Shown here: positions 46,103 to 56,313 of the stretch, piece after piece
Numbering within the stretch: the first letter of the stretch is position 1
Layout: each line of letters begins with the position of its first letter
Assembly (NCBI GenBank): GCA_016187335.1
Contig: JACPJW010000001.1
Span: 256,001-320,000 of the forward strand
Length of the DNA stretch: 64,000 nucleotides
Source: Candidatus Aenigmatarchaeota archaeon
Lineage (GTDB): Archaea > Aenigmatarchaeota > Aenigmatarchaeia > GW2011-AR5
Direction: 5' to 3'
Translations under genes and position numbers: made by a program
The notes under the pieces: model-generated
Database searches by the model: none
What the model was told of the DNA's origin: nothing
Seen by the model: the letters and a program-made list of their open reading frames with translations, nothing else

Positions 46103-47677
46103 ATGATTTCAAAAGCCAAGGCGCCTGTGCGCATATCCTTCGGTACCTGCGGCGATACCGATTACTATATAGACCTCATAAAATGGGGCAATGGCATCAA
46201 CGCAACCGTAGACCTGTATTCTTACTGCGAGGTTCATAAAAGGGACGACAAAAAAATTGTCTTGCGGTCGCTGGAAACAGGGCAGGTCATTGCCTTTGAT
46301 TCCGTGGAAGATATAGAGCCGGGCGGCAGGGAACTGAACCTGATGAAGGCTGTTGTGAAGCATTACAAAAACGGCGGGGTTGAAGTGATAACCCACACCG
46401 ATGCCCCTCTGGAAAGCGGGCTTGGAGGGAGTGCTGCGCACGCCGTTGCGATGATAAGGGCATTTGACCAGCTCAACGGCATAAAAAGAACCCCCGAAGA
46501 AGTTGCAAAGCTTGCGTACGATATTGAAAGGAATGTCGTCGGGATTGAAGGCGGGTACCAGGACCAGTGGTCATCCTCTTACGGCGGCATGAATTACATG
46601 GAATTCACTGCAGAAGGGGTAAAGATAACCCCGCTGAAGCTCAACGGATCTGAGCTGAATTTTCTTGAGAAAAATACTATCCTTGTTTTCGTTCCCAGGG
46701 AAGGCGAGGGAAAAGCGGTGCATTTTGAGCAGAGAAAGAAGGGACAGGAAAGCGTTCCTCTCCTGATGATGAAAAGAGAAAACGTGCTGAGGCTGAAAGA
46801 TGCGCTGGAAAGGAGGAAATTCGGCGAGATCGGAAGCATTCTGCATTTTGACTGGAAAATAAAAAAACAGCTTGCGCCGGGCATATCAAACAAGCGCATA
46901 GACGAGATTTATGATGCCGCTATAGGTGCCGGCGCGCTGGGCGGCAGGTTCATAGGAGCGGGTGCCGGAGGCTCTGCTATTTTCTTTTGCCCGGATAAAA
47001 GGGAGGAAGTCTTAAGGGCTCTGGAGAAGGCCGGCACGAAAGAAATCAGGTACGGCTTCGAGAGGCATCACGCCCAGAAGGATTATAAAGAGCCGATAAA
47101 TGAAAGGATTGCGGAACATGCCTCGCTGATGGAAAAGATCCTGCAGGACGGGGAAATAACGGAAAAGGCGCACCAGATAACAAACAAGATAGTAGAATGC
47201 TACAAGAACGACGGCAAGGTCGTCGTCTTCGGGAACGGCGGCTCCGCGGCCGACGCGCAGCATATTGTTGCGGAGCTCGTGAACAAGTTCAAGATTGACA
47301 GGCCGATGCTGAATGCGATCGCGCTTACTGTGAACACGTCAATACTCACGTCAATAGCCAACGATTCCACGTACGACGAGGTGTTTTCCCGCCAGATAGA
47401 GTTCCTCGTTGATTCCCGGGATGTTGTCATAGGGATAAGCACAAGCGGAAAGGCGGTAAACGTCATGAAAGCGCTGAAAAAAGCGAAGGAAAGGGGAGCT
47501 GTGGTTGTTTATTTCACCGGCAAGGACGGCGGCATGATAAGCAATATGTGCGAAAAAGACGGCACCATAGACATTTCGCTGAAAGTTCCCCACACAAAAA
47601 CGGAAAGGATACAGGAAGGCCACATGATTTTCGGTCATATAATATGCGAGCTCGTTGAAAGCGAGCTTTACGGCTGA
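46103..47677 (+). CDS. hddA-gmhA: Fused heptose-7-phosphate kinase (HddA, GHMP) and sedoheptulose-7-phosphate isomerase (GmhA, SIS)
   Basis: APVRISF, SGLGGS, GGYQDQ and GAGAGG; then FGNGGSAADAQHIVAEL, STSG and IQEGH. Confidence 0.9.
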   Translation: MISKAKAPVRISFGTCGDTDYYIDLIKWGNGINATVDLYSYCEVHKRDDKKIVLRSLETGQVIAFDSVEDIEPGGRELNLMKAVVKHYKNGGVEVITHTDAPLESGLGGSAAHAVAMIRAFDQLNGIKRTPEEVAKLAYDIERNVVGIEGGYQDQWSSSYGGMNYMEFTAEGVKITPLKLNGSELNFLEKNTILVFVPREGEGKAVHFEQRKKGQESVPLLMMKRENVLRLKDALERRKFGEIGSILHFDWKIKKQLAPGISNKRIDEIYDAAIGAGALGGRFIGAGAGGSAIFFCPDKREEVLRALEKAGTKEIRYGFERHHAQKDYKEPINERIAEHASLMEKILQDGEITEKAHQITNKIVECYKNDGKVVVFGNGGSAADAQHIVAELVNKFKIDRPMLNAIALTVNTSILTSIANDSTYDEVFSRQIEFLVDSRDVVIGISTSGKAVNVMKALKKAKERGAVVVYFTGKDGGMISNMCEKDGTIDISLKVPHTKTERIQEGHMIFGHIICELVESELYG

Positions 47678-47688
47678 AGGGTGATTTC

Positions 47689-48267
47689 ATGATTGCGACT
47701 TTTCTTGACAGGGATGGCGTTATAAACAAGGAAACAACTCTGGGGCCCGATAAAAAAATAACTGTTTTCAGTAACGCCGCCGAAGCTGTAAAGATGCTCA
47801 ACAAAATAGGCAAGGTCATTGTCGTCACCAACCAGCCCTGGATAGCCAGGGGGATGCTGACCGAGGAAGAGCTTGAAGGCGTCCACAGAGAAATGGTGGA
47901 AAAATTGGCTGCCAGCGGCGCGAAAATTGACAGCGTTTATTACTGCCCGCATCACCCGGAAATCCATCATAAGGATGTTCCTGACTGGGCAAGGAAATAC
48001 CGTGTTGACTGCAGTTGCAGGAAGCCGAAAACAGGCATGCTGGAACAGGCTGCACTGGACTTCAAACTGGACCTCAAAAAATGCTTTCTTGTCGGCGACA
48101 GAACCGTTGACATACTGGCTGGAAGAAACGCCGGGTGCACGACAATTCTTGTCAGGACGGGAGAAGCCGGCATGGATGGGAAATATGAAGCCAGTCCTGA
48201 CTATGTATGCGAAGACATCTACGATGCCGCGCTGATTATATCAGGAATAATGAAGGGTGAAAAATAA
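47689..48267 (+). CDS. gmhB: D,D-heptose 1,7-bisphosphate phosphatase
   Basis: FLDRDGVIN, TNQ, CPHHP...CSCRKP and GDR..D. Confidence 0.9.
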   Translation: MIATFLDRDGVINKETTLGPDKKITVFSNAAEAVKMLNKIGKVIVVTNQPWIARGMLTEEELEGVHREMVEKLAASGAKIDSVYYCPHHPEIHHKDVPDWARKYRVDCSCRKPKTGMLEQAALDFKLDLKKCFLVGDRTVDILAGRNAGCTTILVRTGEAGMDGKYEASPDYVCEDIYDAALIISGIMKGEK

Positions 48268-48977
48268 TGCAATGCGTTATTCTGGCAGGAGGCCGCGGCG
48301 AGCGCTTGAGGCCCTTGACGGATTCACTGCCGAAGCCGATGCTGCCTTTTGGCGGCAAGCCCCTGCTGGAATATCATTTGTCTTTGCTGAAAAGGCACGG
48401 GATAACTGACGTTGTCATATGCGGCCATTATCTTTTTGACTCGATAAAAAACCATTTCGGCAACGGCGGCGCTTTCGGCGTGAAGATAAGCTATGTTCAT
48501 GAAGAAAAGCCTCTGGGAACCGGCGGCGCGGTGAAAAATGCCGCCGGCGAAATAAAGGAAGATTTCATCCTTCTCAGCGGCGATGTTGCCACAAACCTTG
48601 ACATAACCGCCTTGGCAGGATTTCATAAGGAGAAAAACGCTCTGGCTACGCTTGTCTTGAGGAAAACCGACCATCCGGAAGACAGTGACACAGTGCAGAT
48701 TGACGGGCAGAGCAGAGTCACCAATTTCTTTTTCAAGGATGAAAAAATCAAGAAGGGAAATTTAGGCAACACGGGGCTTTTTGCTTTCAAAAAAAGCATT
48801 CTGGACCGCATACCCGAAACCCCTTGCAACATGGAGAAAGATGTGGTAGCCGGCCTTATTCATGATTTTCCTGTTTACGGCTATGTGAGCGGCGATTACA
48901 TAAAGGATATGGGAACTTTTGAAAGATATGAAAAAGTAAGGAAAGATATTGAAAGCGGTGCTTTAACATGGGAATAA
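48267..48977 (+). CDS. hddC: Heptose-1-phosphate nucleotidyltransferase (HddC-like)
   Basis: LAGGRGERLRPLT...KPML, PLGTGGAV and DMGT; gene context. Confidence 0.75.
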   Translation: MQCVILAGGRGERLRPLTDSLPKPMLPFGGKPLLEYHLSLLKRHGITDVVICGHYLFDSIKNHFGNGGAFGVKISYVHEEKPLGTGGAVKNAAGEIKEDFILLSGDVATNLDITALAGFHKEKNALATLVLRKTDHPEDSDTVQIDGQSRVTNFFFKDEKIKKGNLGNTGLFAFKKSILDRIPETPCNMEKDVVAGLIHDFPVYGYVSGDYIKDMGTFERYEKVRKDIESGALTWE

Positions 48978-49618
48978 TTGTGGTTAATTTTAAGGCTTAC
49001 AGGGAGTCCGTGGGCAGGAATGCAGTGGAACTGGCGAAGAAGATTTGTTCCAGAAGATTTGACGGCGTTCATATCTCAGCTGCCGTCCAGCCCTCGGACA
49101 TAAGCGGCGTGAGCATGATAATGCCAGTGCTTGCGCAGCATGTCGATGCCGCGGATTTCGGCGCGTTCACAGGTCATTTCATCCCGGAAGCGGCGAAAGA
49201 AAGCGGCGCCGAAGGTGTCGTGATAAACCATTCTGAAATGCCGCTGGACTTGAAGACTATAGAAAAAACCATTGCACGGTCAAAATCCTGCGGCCTGAAA
49301 ACGCTCGTGTGCGCCGCCACGCCTGAGATGGTCAGTGCTGTTTCGTTTTTTAATCCGGATATAATTTCCATAGAGCCGCCCGCGCTTATCGGGACGGGGA
49401 AGGCCTCGTCGCAGTTCATGCCCGGGATAATTTCCGGTGCCGTGAAGGGAAGCAGGGGCATACCGCTCATTTGCGGCGCGGGAATAGCAGCAGCCGATGA
49501 CGTCAGAAAAGCCGTGGAGCTTGGATGCGCAGGCATCATGCTTTCAAGCGCTGTTGTCAAGTCGGAGAAGCCTGAAGAAAAAATAAAAGAGCTGGCGGAG
49601 GGCTTGTCTGGAAAGTGA
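48968..49618 (+). CDS. tpiA: Triosephosphate isomerase (archaeal type)
   Basis: VNFK, QHVD, NHSE, EPPALIGTG and CGAGI. Confidence 0.9.
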   Translation: MGIIVVNFKAYRESVGRNAVELAKKICSRRFDGVHISAAVQPSDISGVSMIMPVLAQHVDAADFGAFTGHFIPEAAKESGAEGVVINHSEMPLDLKTIEKTIARSKSCGLKTLVCAATPEMVSAVSFFNPDIISIEPPALIGTGKASSQFMPGIISGAVKGSRGIPLICGAGIAAADDVRKAVELGCAGIMLSSAVVKSEKPEEKIKELAEGLSGK

Positions 49619-49622
49619 TTTT

Positions 49623-50066
49623 ATGAAAATCGCAATAGGCTCCGACCACGCCGGCTTCGCCCTGAAAGAAGCCTTGAAAAAGCATCTTGTCAAAGAAGGG
49701 CATTCCGTTGAGGATTTCGGCTGCGGCAGCGAAGAGCCTGTTGATTACCCTGATGTATCAAAAAAAGTTTCTCAAGCAGTTGCCGAAGGGAAATATGATT
49801 TCGGCATACTTCTGTGCGGTACAGGGATCGGCACGTCCATAACAGCGAATAAGGTCGTGGGGATACGGGCCGCTTTGTGCTATGACAAATACACCGCCGA
49901 GATGAGCAGGGCTCATAACGATGCAAACATCCTGACAGTTGGAGGCAGGACGACTTCTTTCAGCAGAGCAGCGGAAATAGTTGACACGTTCCTGAAGACG
50001 AAATTTGAAGGCGGCAGGCACGAAAGGCGCGTAAAAAAGATAAGAGAGATTGAAAAAAATGGTTAA
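49623..50066 (+). CDS. rpiB: Ribose-5-phosphate isomerase B
   Basis: GSDHAG, CGTGIG, HNDAN and GRHERR. Confidence 0.93.
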   Translation: MKIAIGSDHAGFALKEALKKHLVKEGHSVEDFGCGSEEPVDYPDVSKKVSQAVAEGKYDFGILLCGTGIGTSITANKVVGIRAALCYDKYTAEMSRAHNDANILTVGGRTTSFSRAAEIVDTFLKTKFEGGRHERRVKKIREIEKNG

Positions 50067-50694
50067 GGTCGGCGCATCAATACTTGACGCGGATTTCTCC
50101 ATCCTCGGGGAGGAAATAAGGAGATTGGAGAAAGCCGGGATTGATTTCATATCGTTTGACATAATGGACGGCCGTTTCGTCCCGAATCTGACTTTCGGTC
50201 CTGACCTGATTAAATCCCTCAGGGATAAAACGGGCCTGCCTTTTGAGGCGCATCTTATGGTGGAGAGCCCGGAAAAGTATATCGGCAGGCTTGTTGATGC
50301 AGGCGTTGACATCATAAATATTCACGCGGAAAGCCGCGGAAAAATAGAAGACGTGATAAAATCTATAAAGGCTGGAGACAAAAAAGCCGGCATTGCCATT
50401 AATCCGGGAACTCCTCCGGAATCAATAGGAAAATTTGTTGACGCAATAGACATGGTTCTCGTGATGGCAGTAGAGCCCGGGTTTTCCGGCCAGAAATTCA
50501 TCGACATGTCCGGTAAAATAAAATACCTGAGGGGTCTGGAAAAGGGATTTGACATATGCGTTGACGGGGGAATAAATGAAACGACAGCAAAGCAGGCTGC
50601 AGGCGCCGGGGCGACCATGGTCGTTTCGTCTTCGTACATTTTCAGCCATAAGGACTATTCAGAAGCCGTGAGAAAGCTGAAGACAGCCAGATGA
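50059..50694 (+). CDS. rpe: Ribulose-phosphate 3-epimerase
   Basis: ASILDAD, DIMDGRFVPN, HLMV, MAVEPGFSGQ and VDGGI. Confidence 0.9.
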   Translation: MVKVGASILDADFSILGEEIRRLEKAGIDFISFDIMDGRFVPNLTFGPDLIKSLRDKTGLPFEAHLMVESPEKYIGRLVDAGVDIINIHAESRGKIEDVIKSIKAGDKKAGIAINPGTPPESIGKFVDAIDMVLVMAVEPGFSGQKFIDMSGKIKYLRGLEKGFDICVDGGINETTAKQAAGAGATMVVSSSYIFSHKDYSEAVRKLKTAR

Positions 50695-50742
50695 TGCCCT
50701 GATGATATGCTCTAATAAAGACTATGATTGCAGATGATAGGT

Positions 50743-51669
50743 ATGCGTGTGTTGGTGACAGGCGGAACTGGCTTCATTGGCAGCAACATAGCGGAAGCCT
50801 TGGCCGGGAAAGGTCATGAAGTGGTTGTTCTTGATAATTTCTCCCTTGGAAGGAACGAGAATGTAAGGGAAATAACCGGCAATGTAGAGGTTGTAAACGG
50901 CGATATAAGGGACTTTGAACTGCTGAAAAAAATAACAGCGGGATGTGATGCCATACTTAACCAGGCGGCGGCTTCCTCTTCGCCGATGTTCCGCTCTGAC
51001 CTCCGCAGCGCCGTCGCCGTGAACGTTGACGGATTCGTGAATATACTTAATGCAGCCAGGATGAATGACGTAAAAAGATTGGTTTATGCTTCCAGCTCTT
51101 CCATATACGGCAACAGCGCCCCGCCGCTCCGCGAGGACATGCCTGTTGTCCCTGTTAATTTTTACGCCTCCACAAAGCTTCTCAACGAGCATCTTGCTGT
51201 CCTGTTCGGCGCAGAGTACGGAATAGAAACCGTGGGCTTCCGTTACATGTCCGTGTATGGAAAAAACGAGAAATCAAAAGGTATGTTTGCAAACCTCGTG
51301 ACGCAGTTCCTGTGGGCGATGATGGAAGGAAAGCAGCCGGAAATCTACGGCGACGGCGAGCAGACCAGGGATTTCACCTATGTCAGGGACGTTGTCCGCG
51401 CTAACGTTTTAGCATTGGAGTCAAGAAAGCGCCTTCTCGGCGAAGTCTTTAATGTAGGCACGGGAAAAGCGCACTCCCTGAACGAGCTCGTCGCAATCAT
51501 AAACAAAATCCTTGGCAAAAACATAAAGCCGAAATACGTTCCTGTGCCGGTGAAAAACTACATTGCAGTGCAGCAGGCTGACATAACGAAGATTTCAGCA
51601 GCCTTGGGCTACAGGCCTGAATACCCACTGGAATCAGGCATCAGGGACATGCTTCCGCATTATTCGTGA
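50743..51669 (+). CDS. NAD-dependent nucleotide-sugar epimerase (extended SDR)
   Basis: VTGGTGFIGS, ASSSS, YASTK and GEQTRDF. Confidence 0.88.
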   Translation: MRVLVTGGTGFIGSNIAEALAGKGHEVVVLDNFSLGRNENVREITGNVEVVNGDIRDFELLKKITAGCDAILNQAAASSSPMFRSDLRSAVAVNVDGFVNILNAARMNDVKRLVYASSSSIYGNSAPPLREDMPVVPVNFYASTKLLNEHLAVLFGAEYGIETVGFRYMSVYGKNEKSKGMFANLVTQFLWAMMEGKQPEIYGDGEQTRDFTYVRDVVRANVLALESRKRLLGEVFNVGTGKAHSLNELVAIINKILGKNIKPKYVPVPVKNYIAVQQADITKISAALGYRPEYPLESGIRDMLPHYS

Positions 51670-52301
51670 TTCTTCCTGCACAGGAACGTGAAATGGCAGC
51701 AATAGCGTTTTGGTATCCATTCCAGAAAGAACCGCGTGTTGTATTTATGCGCCTTTTCTATAACGAAATATTTTCCTATGATGCTGCGCCATTCTTCTTC
51801 CGTAGCCAGACGCTCGTTTATCTGGCCTTGGGTATTTATGCCGAGTATTTTATGCACCAGATACCGGGAATTCGGGACATGAATCAGTATTTTCGCTCCT
51901 TTCTTGGCAACGCGCCTCATCTCTTTCAGCGCTTTGTTGATGTCAACGAAATGTTCCAGGCTGCCCATGCATGTTATGTAGTCAAAGTATCCGGAAGGAA
52001 ACGGGATTTTTTCTGCCTCAGCTACCCTGAACTTTGATTTCCCTGAGATTTTCTCTGCCTTCTTTATCGCTTCCTTGCTTATGTCTACTCCGTACGTTTC
52101 CACGTATTTCTCCGCGGCAGCAAGCAGCGTTCCCTGCCCGCAGCCTACGTCAAGCAGTCTTGCGTTTTCTTTCTTCAGCCCGAGAATTTTAAGGGCCCGC
52201 CTGTTGAAATTGCTGCCGGATATATAACCGCCTTTTTCGTATATTCTGTCGTAGAACTTTCCTACTTTGTTTTTGCTTTTGGTTCTTATCCTTTCAATCA
52301 T
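51660..52301 (-). CDS. Class I SAM-dependent methyltransferase
   Basis: LLDVGCGQG and GSLEHF. Confidence 0.85.
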   Translation of the reverse strand: MIERIRTKSKNKVGKFYDRIYEKGGYISGSNFNRRALKILGLKKENARLLDVGCGQGTLLAAAEKYVETYGVDISKEAIKKAEKISGKSKFRVAEAEKIPFPSGYFDYITCMGSLEHFVDINKALKEMRRVAKKGAKILIHVPNSRYLVHKILGINTQGQINERLATEEEWRSIIGKYFVIEKAHKYNTRFFLEWIPKRYCCHFTFLCRKNHE

Positions 52302-53401
52302 GCTATTTCCTCGTAAATTTTATGCAGCTTTTTTACAACAATCTTGGTGTCAAAATTCTCTTTTACATGCGCCGAGCCTTCCCTGCCCATTTTTTCCGCT
52401 TCCTTGGAGTTGTCAAGAAGGTAATCTATTTTTTCTTTCATTTCATCCCATTTCCCGTAATCAACCAGAAATCCGCTTTTGCCGTTTCTGACAACTTCAG
52501 GAATGCCCCCTACATTGGTGGCAACAATGGCGCATCCGCAGGATTCCGCTTCCGCTATCACCCTGGAAAATGCCTCGTACTTTGAAGGCAGCATCATGAC
52601 CAAGGACCGCTGGTACCACTCGATGAGCCTTCCCAGCGGCAGGTTTTTCAGGAATTTCACGTTCCTGTTCCTGCTTAATTGCTCTATTTTAGGCAGCAGC
52701 GCATGCTGGTAAGGATTCCCTATGAAAACGAATTTTACATCGTCCCTTTCCTTGAGCAGCTGCCCTGCTATGTCCATTGCTGTATGGGCTCCTTTCTCAA
52801 AGAGCAGGTTGCTGACAAAAAGGACTGTCTTTTCCCTTTTTTTATTTGTTTTCTTTGGCCTGAACCTTCTCGTGTCAACTATGTTCGGCAGTATGTCCAT
52901 GTTGTCCTCGCGCCCGCCTATTCTCATCAGCATCCTTTTTTCGTATTCCGTGTGGGGCAGAACCCTGCCGGAAAATCTCAGCAGCGGCAGTCCCTGGGTT
53001 ATGTGATAGGCGGAGAACATCAGCCATCTTTTTCTGCCGTAAACCGGCGGATGGTAGTAAGGCCCGAAAACATGCGGCGTCTTTCTGAGCTTGGCCGCGA
53101 TAAGCCCTGCTGTCGCAGGGAAATATCCGTAGTGGTGCGAGTGGATGACGTCAAATTTTTCCCTGGCAACGGCCTTGATCATCTCCGCTGAAACGTAGTA
53201 GCTTTCCGTGATCTGCGTCTTTTTCGGCCTTGTTATTTCTATGCCGTCTATTTCCTCCTTTTCCTTGAGGCCGTGCATAAGCGGGGTGAATATCTTTACT
53301 TCATGCCCTTTCTTTGCAAGGTTTTCAGCAAGCTCCTTTGAGTAAAGCGCAGCCCCCATAAGTGCCGGATAGTATGCGGGTGTAACGAATGCGATCTTCA
53401 T
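52298..53401 (-). CDS. GT4 glycosyltransferase
   Basis: LPSKYEAFSRVIAE...ATNVGGIPE. Confidence 0.88.
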   Translation of the reverse strand: MKIAFVTPAYYPALMGAALYSKELAENLAKKGHEVKIFTPLMHGLKEKEEIDGIEITRPKKTQITESYYVSAEMIKAVAREKFDVIHSHHYGYFPATAGLIAAKLRKTPHVFGPYYHPPVYGRKRWLMFSAYHITQGLPLLRFSGRVLPHTEYEKRMLMRIGGREDNMDILPNIVDTRRFRPKKTNKKREKTVLFVSNLLFEKGAHTAMDIAGQLLKERDDVKFVFIGNPYQHALLPKIEQLSRNRNVKFLKNLPLGRLIEWYQRSLVMMLPSKYEAFSRVIAEAESCGCAIVATNVGGIPEVVRNGKSGFLVDYGKWDEMKEKIDYLLDNSKEAEKMGREGSAHVKENFDTKIVVKKLHKIYEEIA

Positions 53402-53403
53402 GC

Positions 53404-54345
53404 TCAGCCACCGGAACGCTTAAAAATACTCTTCAAGCCTGCCATAATTCCCAGGAAATATGCGATTTCACGAACGAAAACAATCAAAATCATATGCGGA
53501 TAAAATACGAATTCTTTCGTTTTAACTATGTAAAGTAATGGCTTCGATAAAAAATAGAAAGCTGTAGTTGTTATCGTTGTTGTGATAAACCATGAATCTC
53601 CTTTTAGCAAATAAATAACCGATATTAGAAATAAAATTGTATAGAGAAATGTCAAAACATCGTACGCAGATATCATGTCCTTGTGCATCTTTATGAGCTC
53701 TATCTTCGCTTTTCCGTTCCTGTATATCTGCGTGAAGATGTCCTTGAGCGAGTTTCTTCTCTTGTGGTAAACGTAAAGAGCAGGGTCAAATTTCATCCTG
53801 AAGCCTTTTTTGAAGAGCCGGTGATGGAATTCCGGCTCCTGCAGTCCTGTTAGTGAGGGGTTAAAGCTTTCCTTTTCAAAAACCTTTTTCCTGTACGCGA
53901 TGTTGGCAGCCCTCAGCCTGTTTTTAGCCTTCTCGCCGTAGACGGCTGTTTTCATTATCCTTGCCTTGTCTATCTGGTAAGCGGCTTTCTGGAAGAACGA
54001 GGAGTTGTCGGGAAGTATGTCCTCGCCGCTTACGACGTCGATGTCCTCTTCAAACTCTTTTTCTATTTTTTCCAGCCAGTTCTCAGGCACTACGCAGTCG
54101 TCGTCTGTAAACGCCGCGATATCGCCTCTGGCTGATGATGCGCCGGCATCGTAGGCTCCCCCTATGGTTCCGTTTGTATCAAAAACCGCGCGGGCTCCGT
54201 ATTTTCCGGCAAGTTTTATGTTATTGTCTGATTTGCTGTCAAATACGACTATAATCTCCTTCGGCTTCCTGGTCTGCCTGCTCAGGCTTCTTAGGCAGTC
54301 TTCAAGGTCTGGGCTGCCTTTTGTAGGCACAACTACAGAAATCAT
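53404..54345 (-). CDS. GT2 glycosyltransferase with C-terminal TM helices
   Basis: SVVVPT, AFTDDD DXD motif, hydrophobic C-terminus. Confidence 0.88.
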   Translation of the reverse strand: MISVVVPTKGSPDLEDCLRSLSRQTRKPKEIIVVFDSKSDNNIKLAGKYGARAVFDTNGTIGGAYDAGASSARGDIAAFTDDDCVVPENWLEKIEKEFEEDIDVVSGEDILPDNSSFFQKAAYQIDKARIMKTAVYGEKAKNRLRAANIAYRKKVFEKESFNPSLTGLQEPEFHHRLFKKGFRMKFDPALYVYHKRRNSLKDIFTQIYRNGKAKIELIKMHKDMISAYDVLTFLYTILFLISVIYLLKGDSWFITTTITTTAFYFLSKPLLYIVKTKEFVFYPHMILIVFVREIAYFLGIMAGLKSIFKRSGG

Positions 54346-54349
54346 TTGC

Positions 54350-55297
54350 TCACCCTTTATTCAGGAGGTTTTTGATTGATATCCTTATCGCTTCCTTTGA
54401 ATTGTGCCTTGGTTTCCATCCCAGCTTCCTTATTTTTCTCGTGTCCAGGAGAAAACGCGGCACGTCGCCGGGCCATCCCCTGTCCCCGCCCGTGTACCTG
54501 AACTTTACATTTTTCAGCCCCATTTCTTCTGTCACAATTGAAGCTATTTCATTGACTGTCAAAAAATCTTCCGGCCCGACGTTGTATATATTTAATTCGA
54601 CTTTGGACTTGTTCAGTGCGGTGATGATGCCTTCAATGCAGTCGTCTGCAAGAAGGTATGATTTGCTTTGCCTGCCGTTGCCGAGTATCTCGAGCTCTCC
54701 TTGATTCTGTTTCAGTTTTTCAATGAAATCCGTGAGAACTGTTTTTCCCTTCTTCCTGCTCTTGCCGCTTATGATATTTGCAAGCCTGAGAATCCATCCC
54801 TGCACGCCAAACATGCTGGAATAAGCGCCTATCATGGCTTCGCATGCCGCTTTGCTTGCGGCGTATAGGGATATAGGCCTTAACGGGTAATCCTCAGGCG
54901 TGGGTATCTTCCCGGCTTCGCCGTAAACGGATGAGGAAGACGTGAACACGATTTTCTTTACCCCGTTAACGCGCATGGCTTCCAGGACATTATAAGTTGC
55001 TATTGTGTTGAGGCGCAGGTCCTCGTCGGTGGGGTCGCCTTCCTTGTATTTTATGTCTGAGTTTGCCGCGAGATGAAAAACAATGTCGATGTTCTTGCAC
55101 GCGTCCCCTATCTGCTTCCTGTTGAGAAGGTCCGCCCGTATGAACCTGAATTTGCCGTTTTTAAGAAGTTCCTTCAGATGCTCCTGCTTGCCGCTGCTCA
55201 GGTTGTCAAAAACCGCGACTTCGTATCCGTCTTTAACCAGCCTTCCAGCCAGATCAGAACCTATGCAGCCCGCACCGCCGGTCACTAACGCGCGCAT
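54350..55297 (-). CDS. NAD-dependent nucleotide-sugar epimerase (extended SDR)
   Basis: VTGGAGCIGS, HLAA, TSSSSVYG and YAASK. Confidence 0.88.
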   Translation of the reverse strand: MRALVTGGAGCIGSDLAGRLVKDGYEVAVFDNLSSGKQEHLKELLKNGKFRFIRADLLNRKQIGDACKNIDIVFHLAANSDIKYKEGDPTDEDLRLNTIATYNVLEAMRVNGVKKIVFTSSSSVYGEAGKIPTPEDYPLRPISLYAASKAACEAMIGAYSSMFGVQGWILRLANIISGKSRKKGKTVLTDFIEKLKQNQGELEILGNGRQSKSYLLADDCIEGIITALNKSKVELNIYNVGPEDFLTVNEIASIVTEEMGLKNVKFRYTGGDRGWPGDVPRFLLDTRKIRKLGWKPRHNSKEAIRISIKNLLNKG

Positions 55298-55356
55298 AAT
55301 TACCTTTAGATTCAATAATCGGATACCTTTAAAAAACGTCCGTTTTGAGAATAAAT

Positions 55357-56313
55357 ATGAGCCGCTTATTTGTCACAAACAGGCCCAATTATTGCCATAA
55401 AAAATTTGCCGAATCGGTGGGCTGCAGTTTTTATCACGTGAAGCACTTTATGCCCGAGAATATACCATTGCTGTCGCTGCCAGTAAACGGCATGCTGAAT
55501 TCCTTTTTTCTGGGAAACGCCGAAGTTTTTTTTGCGGAAAGCGTGATGGACTACTACCCGGTTTACTACAAGCATACTGGAGGCAAGAAAATCATCCTGA
55601 TAGCCGAGGACACTTTGTTCAAGCTTGGTTCAATGAACGGAATAAGGAAAAACTACATAATAAAACTGTTCAGGTCGGCTGACGGCTTCATGGCTGTTTC
55701 AGACTTGTGCAAAGACATGATTCTCGGTTATGCAGAAAAGCCCGTGAGAGTGGCTTACCCGTTTCCGCACAAGGAATTCTTCCATGTCCGCTCGGATATA
55801 AAGAGCAGGAAAATACTGTTCATAGGGCGCAATGACAAAACAAAGGGGTTCCCGGAGCTTGTTGATGCCGTGAAGATTTTAAGGAAAAGCGACCCCGGAT
55901 GGGAGCTGTTCTTGATCGGGGAATGCAGCAGGGCGGTGAAGAAGGAAGACGGCATACATCCCTTGGGATTTGTCAGGAACATCGAACCTTACATGAAATC
56001 GTGCGCGTATTACGTGCATCCGGCGCGTTTTGACCCGTGCCCTGCAACCGTTTTTGAAGCCATGAACGCCGGCATGATAACTGTAATATCGGATAACATC
56101 GGCCAGACCAGGATTTTCAGGGAAAACGGCCTGGGCGGCCTTGTACTGGACGACAACGCACCGGAAGCAATCGCGAAAAAACTGGATGAGCTTTCAGGGA
56201 AAGGCAACGTAAAACTGTCCCTTAAGTTAAGGAACCTTAGCAAGGAATACAGGGAAGATAGAATGATTAAAATATTCAAAAGGGAGTTTGAATCCCTTCT
56301 GGAAGAGGTGTGA
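55357..56313 (+). CDS. GT4-like glycosyltransferase (paralog A)
   Basis: FIGRNDKTKG, HPARFDPCPATVFEAMNAG. Confidence 0.8.
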   Translation: MSRLFVTNRPNYCHKKFAESVGCSFYHVKHFMPENIPLLSLPVNGMLNSFFLGNAEVFFAESVMDYYPVYYKHTGGKKIILIAEDTLFKLGSMNGIRKNYIIKLFRSADGFMAVSDLCKDMILGYAEKPVRVAYPFPHKEFFHVRSDIKSRKILFIGRNDKTKGFPELVDAVKILRKSDPGWELFLIGECSRAVKKEDGIHPLGFVRNIEPYMKSCAYYVHPARFDPCPATVFEAMNAGMITVISDNIGQTRIFRENGLGGLVLDDNAPEAIAKKLDELSGKGNVKLSLKLRNLSKEYREDRMIKIFKREFESLLEEV

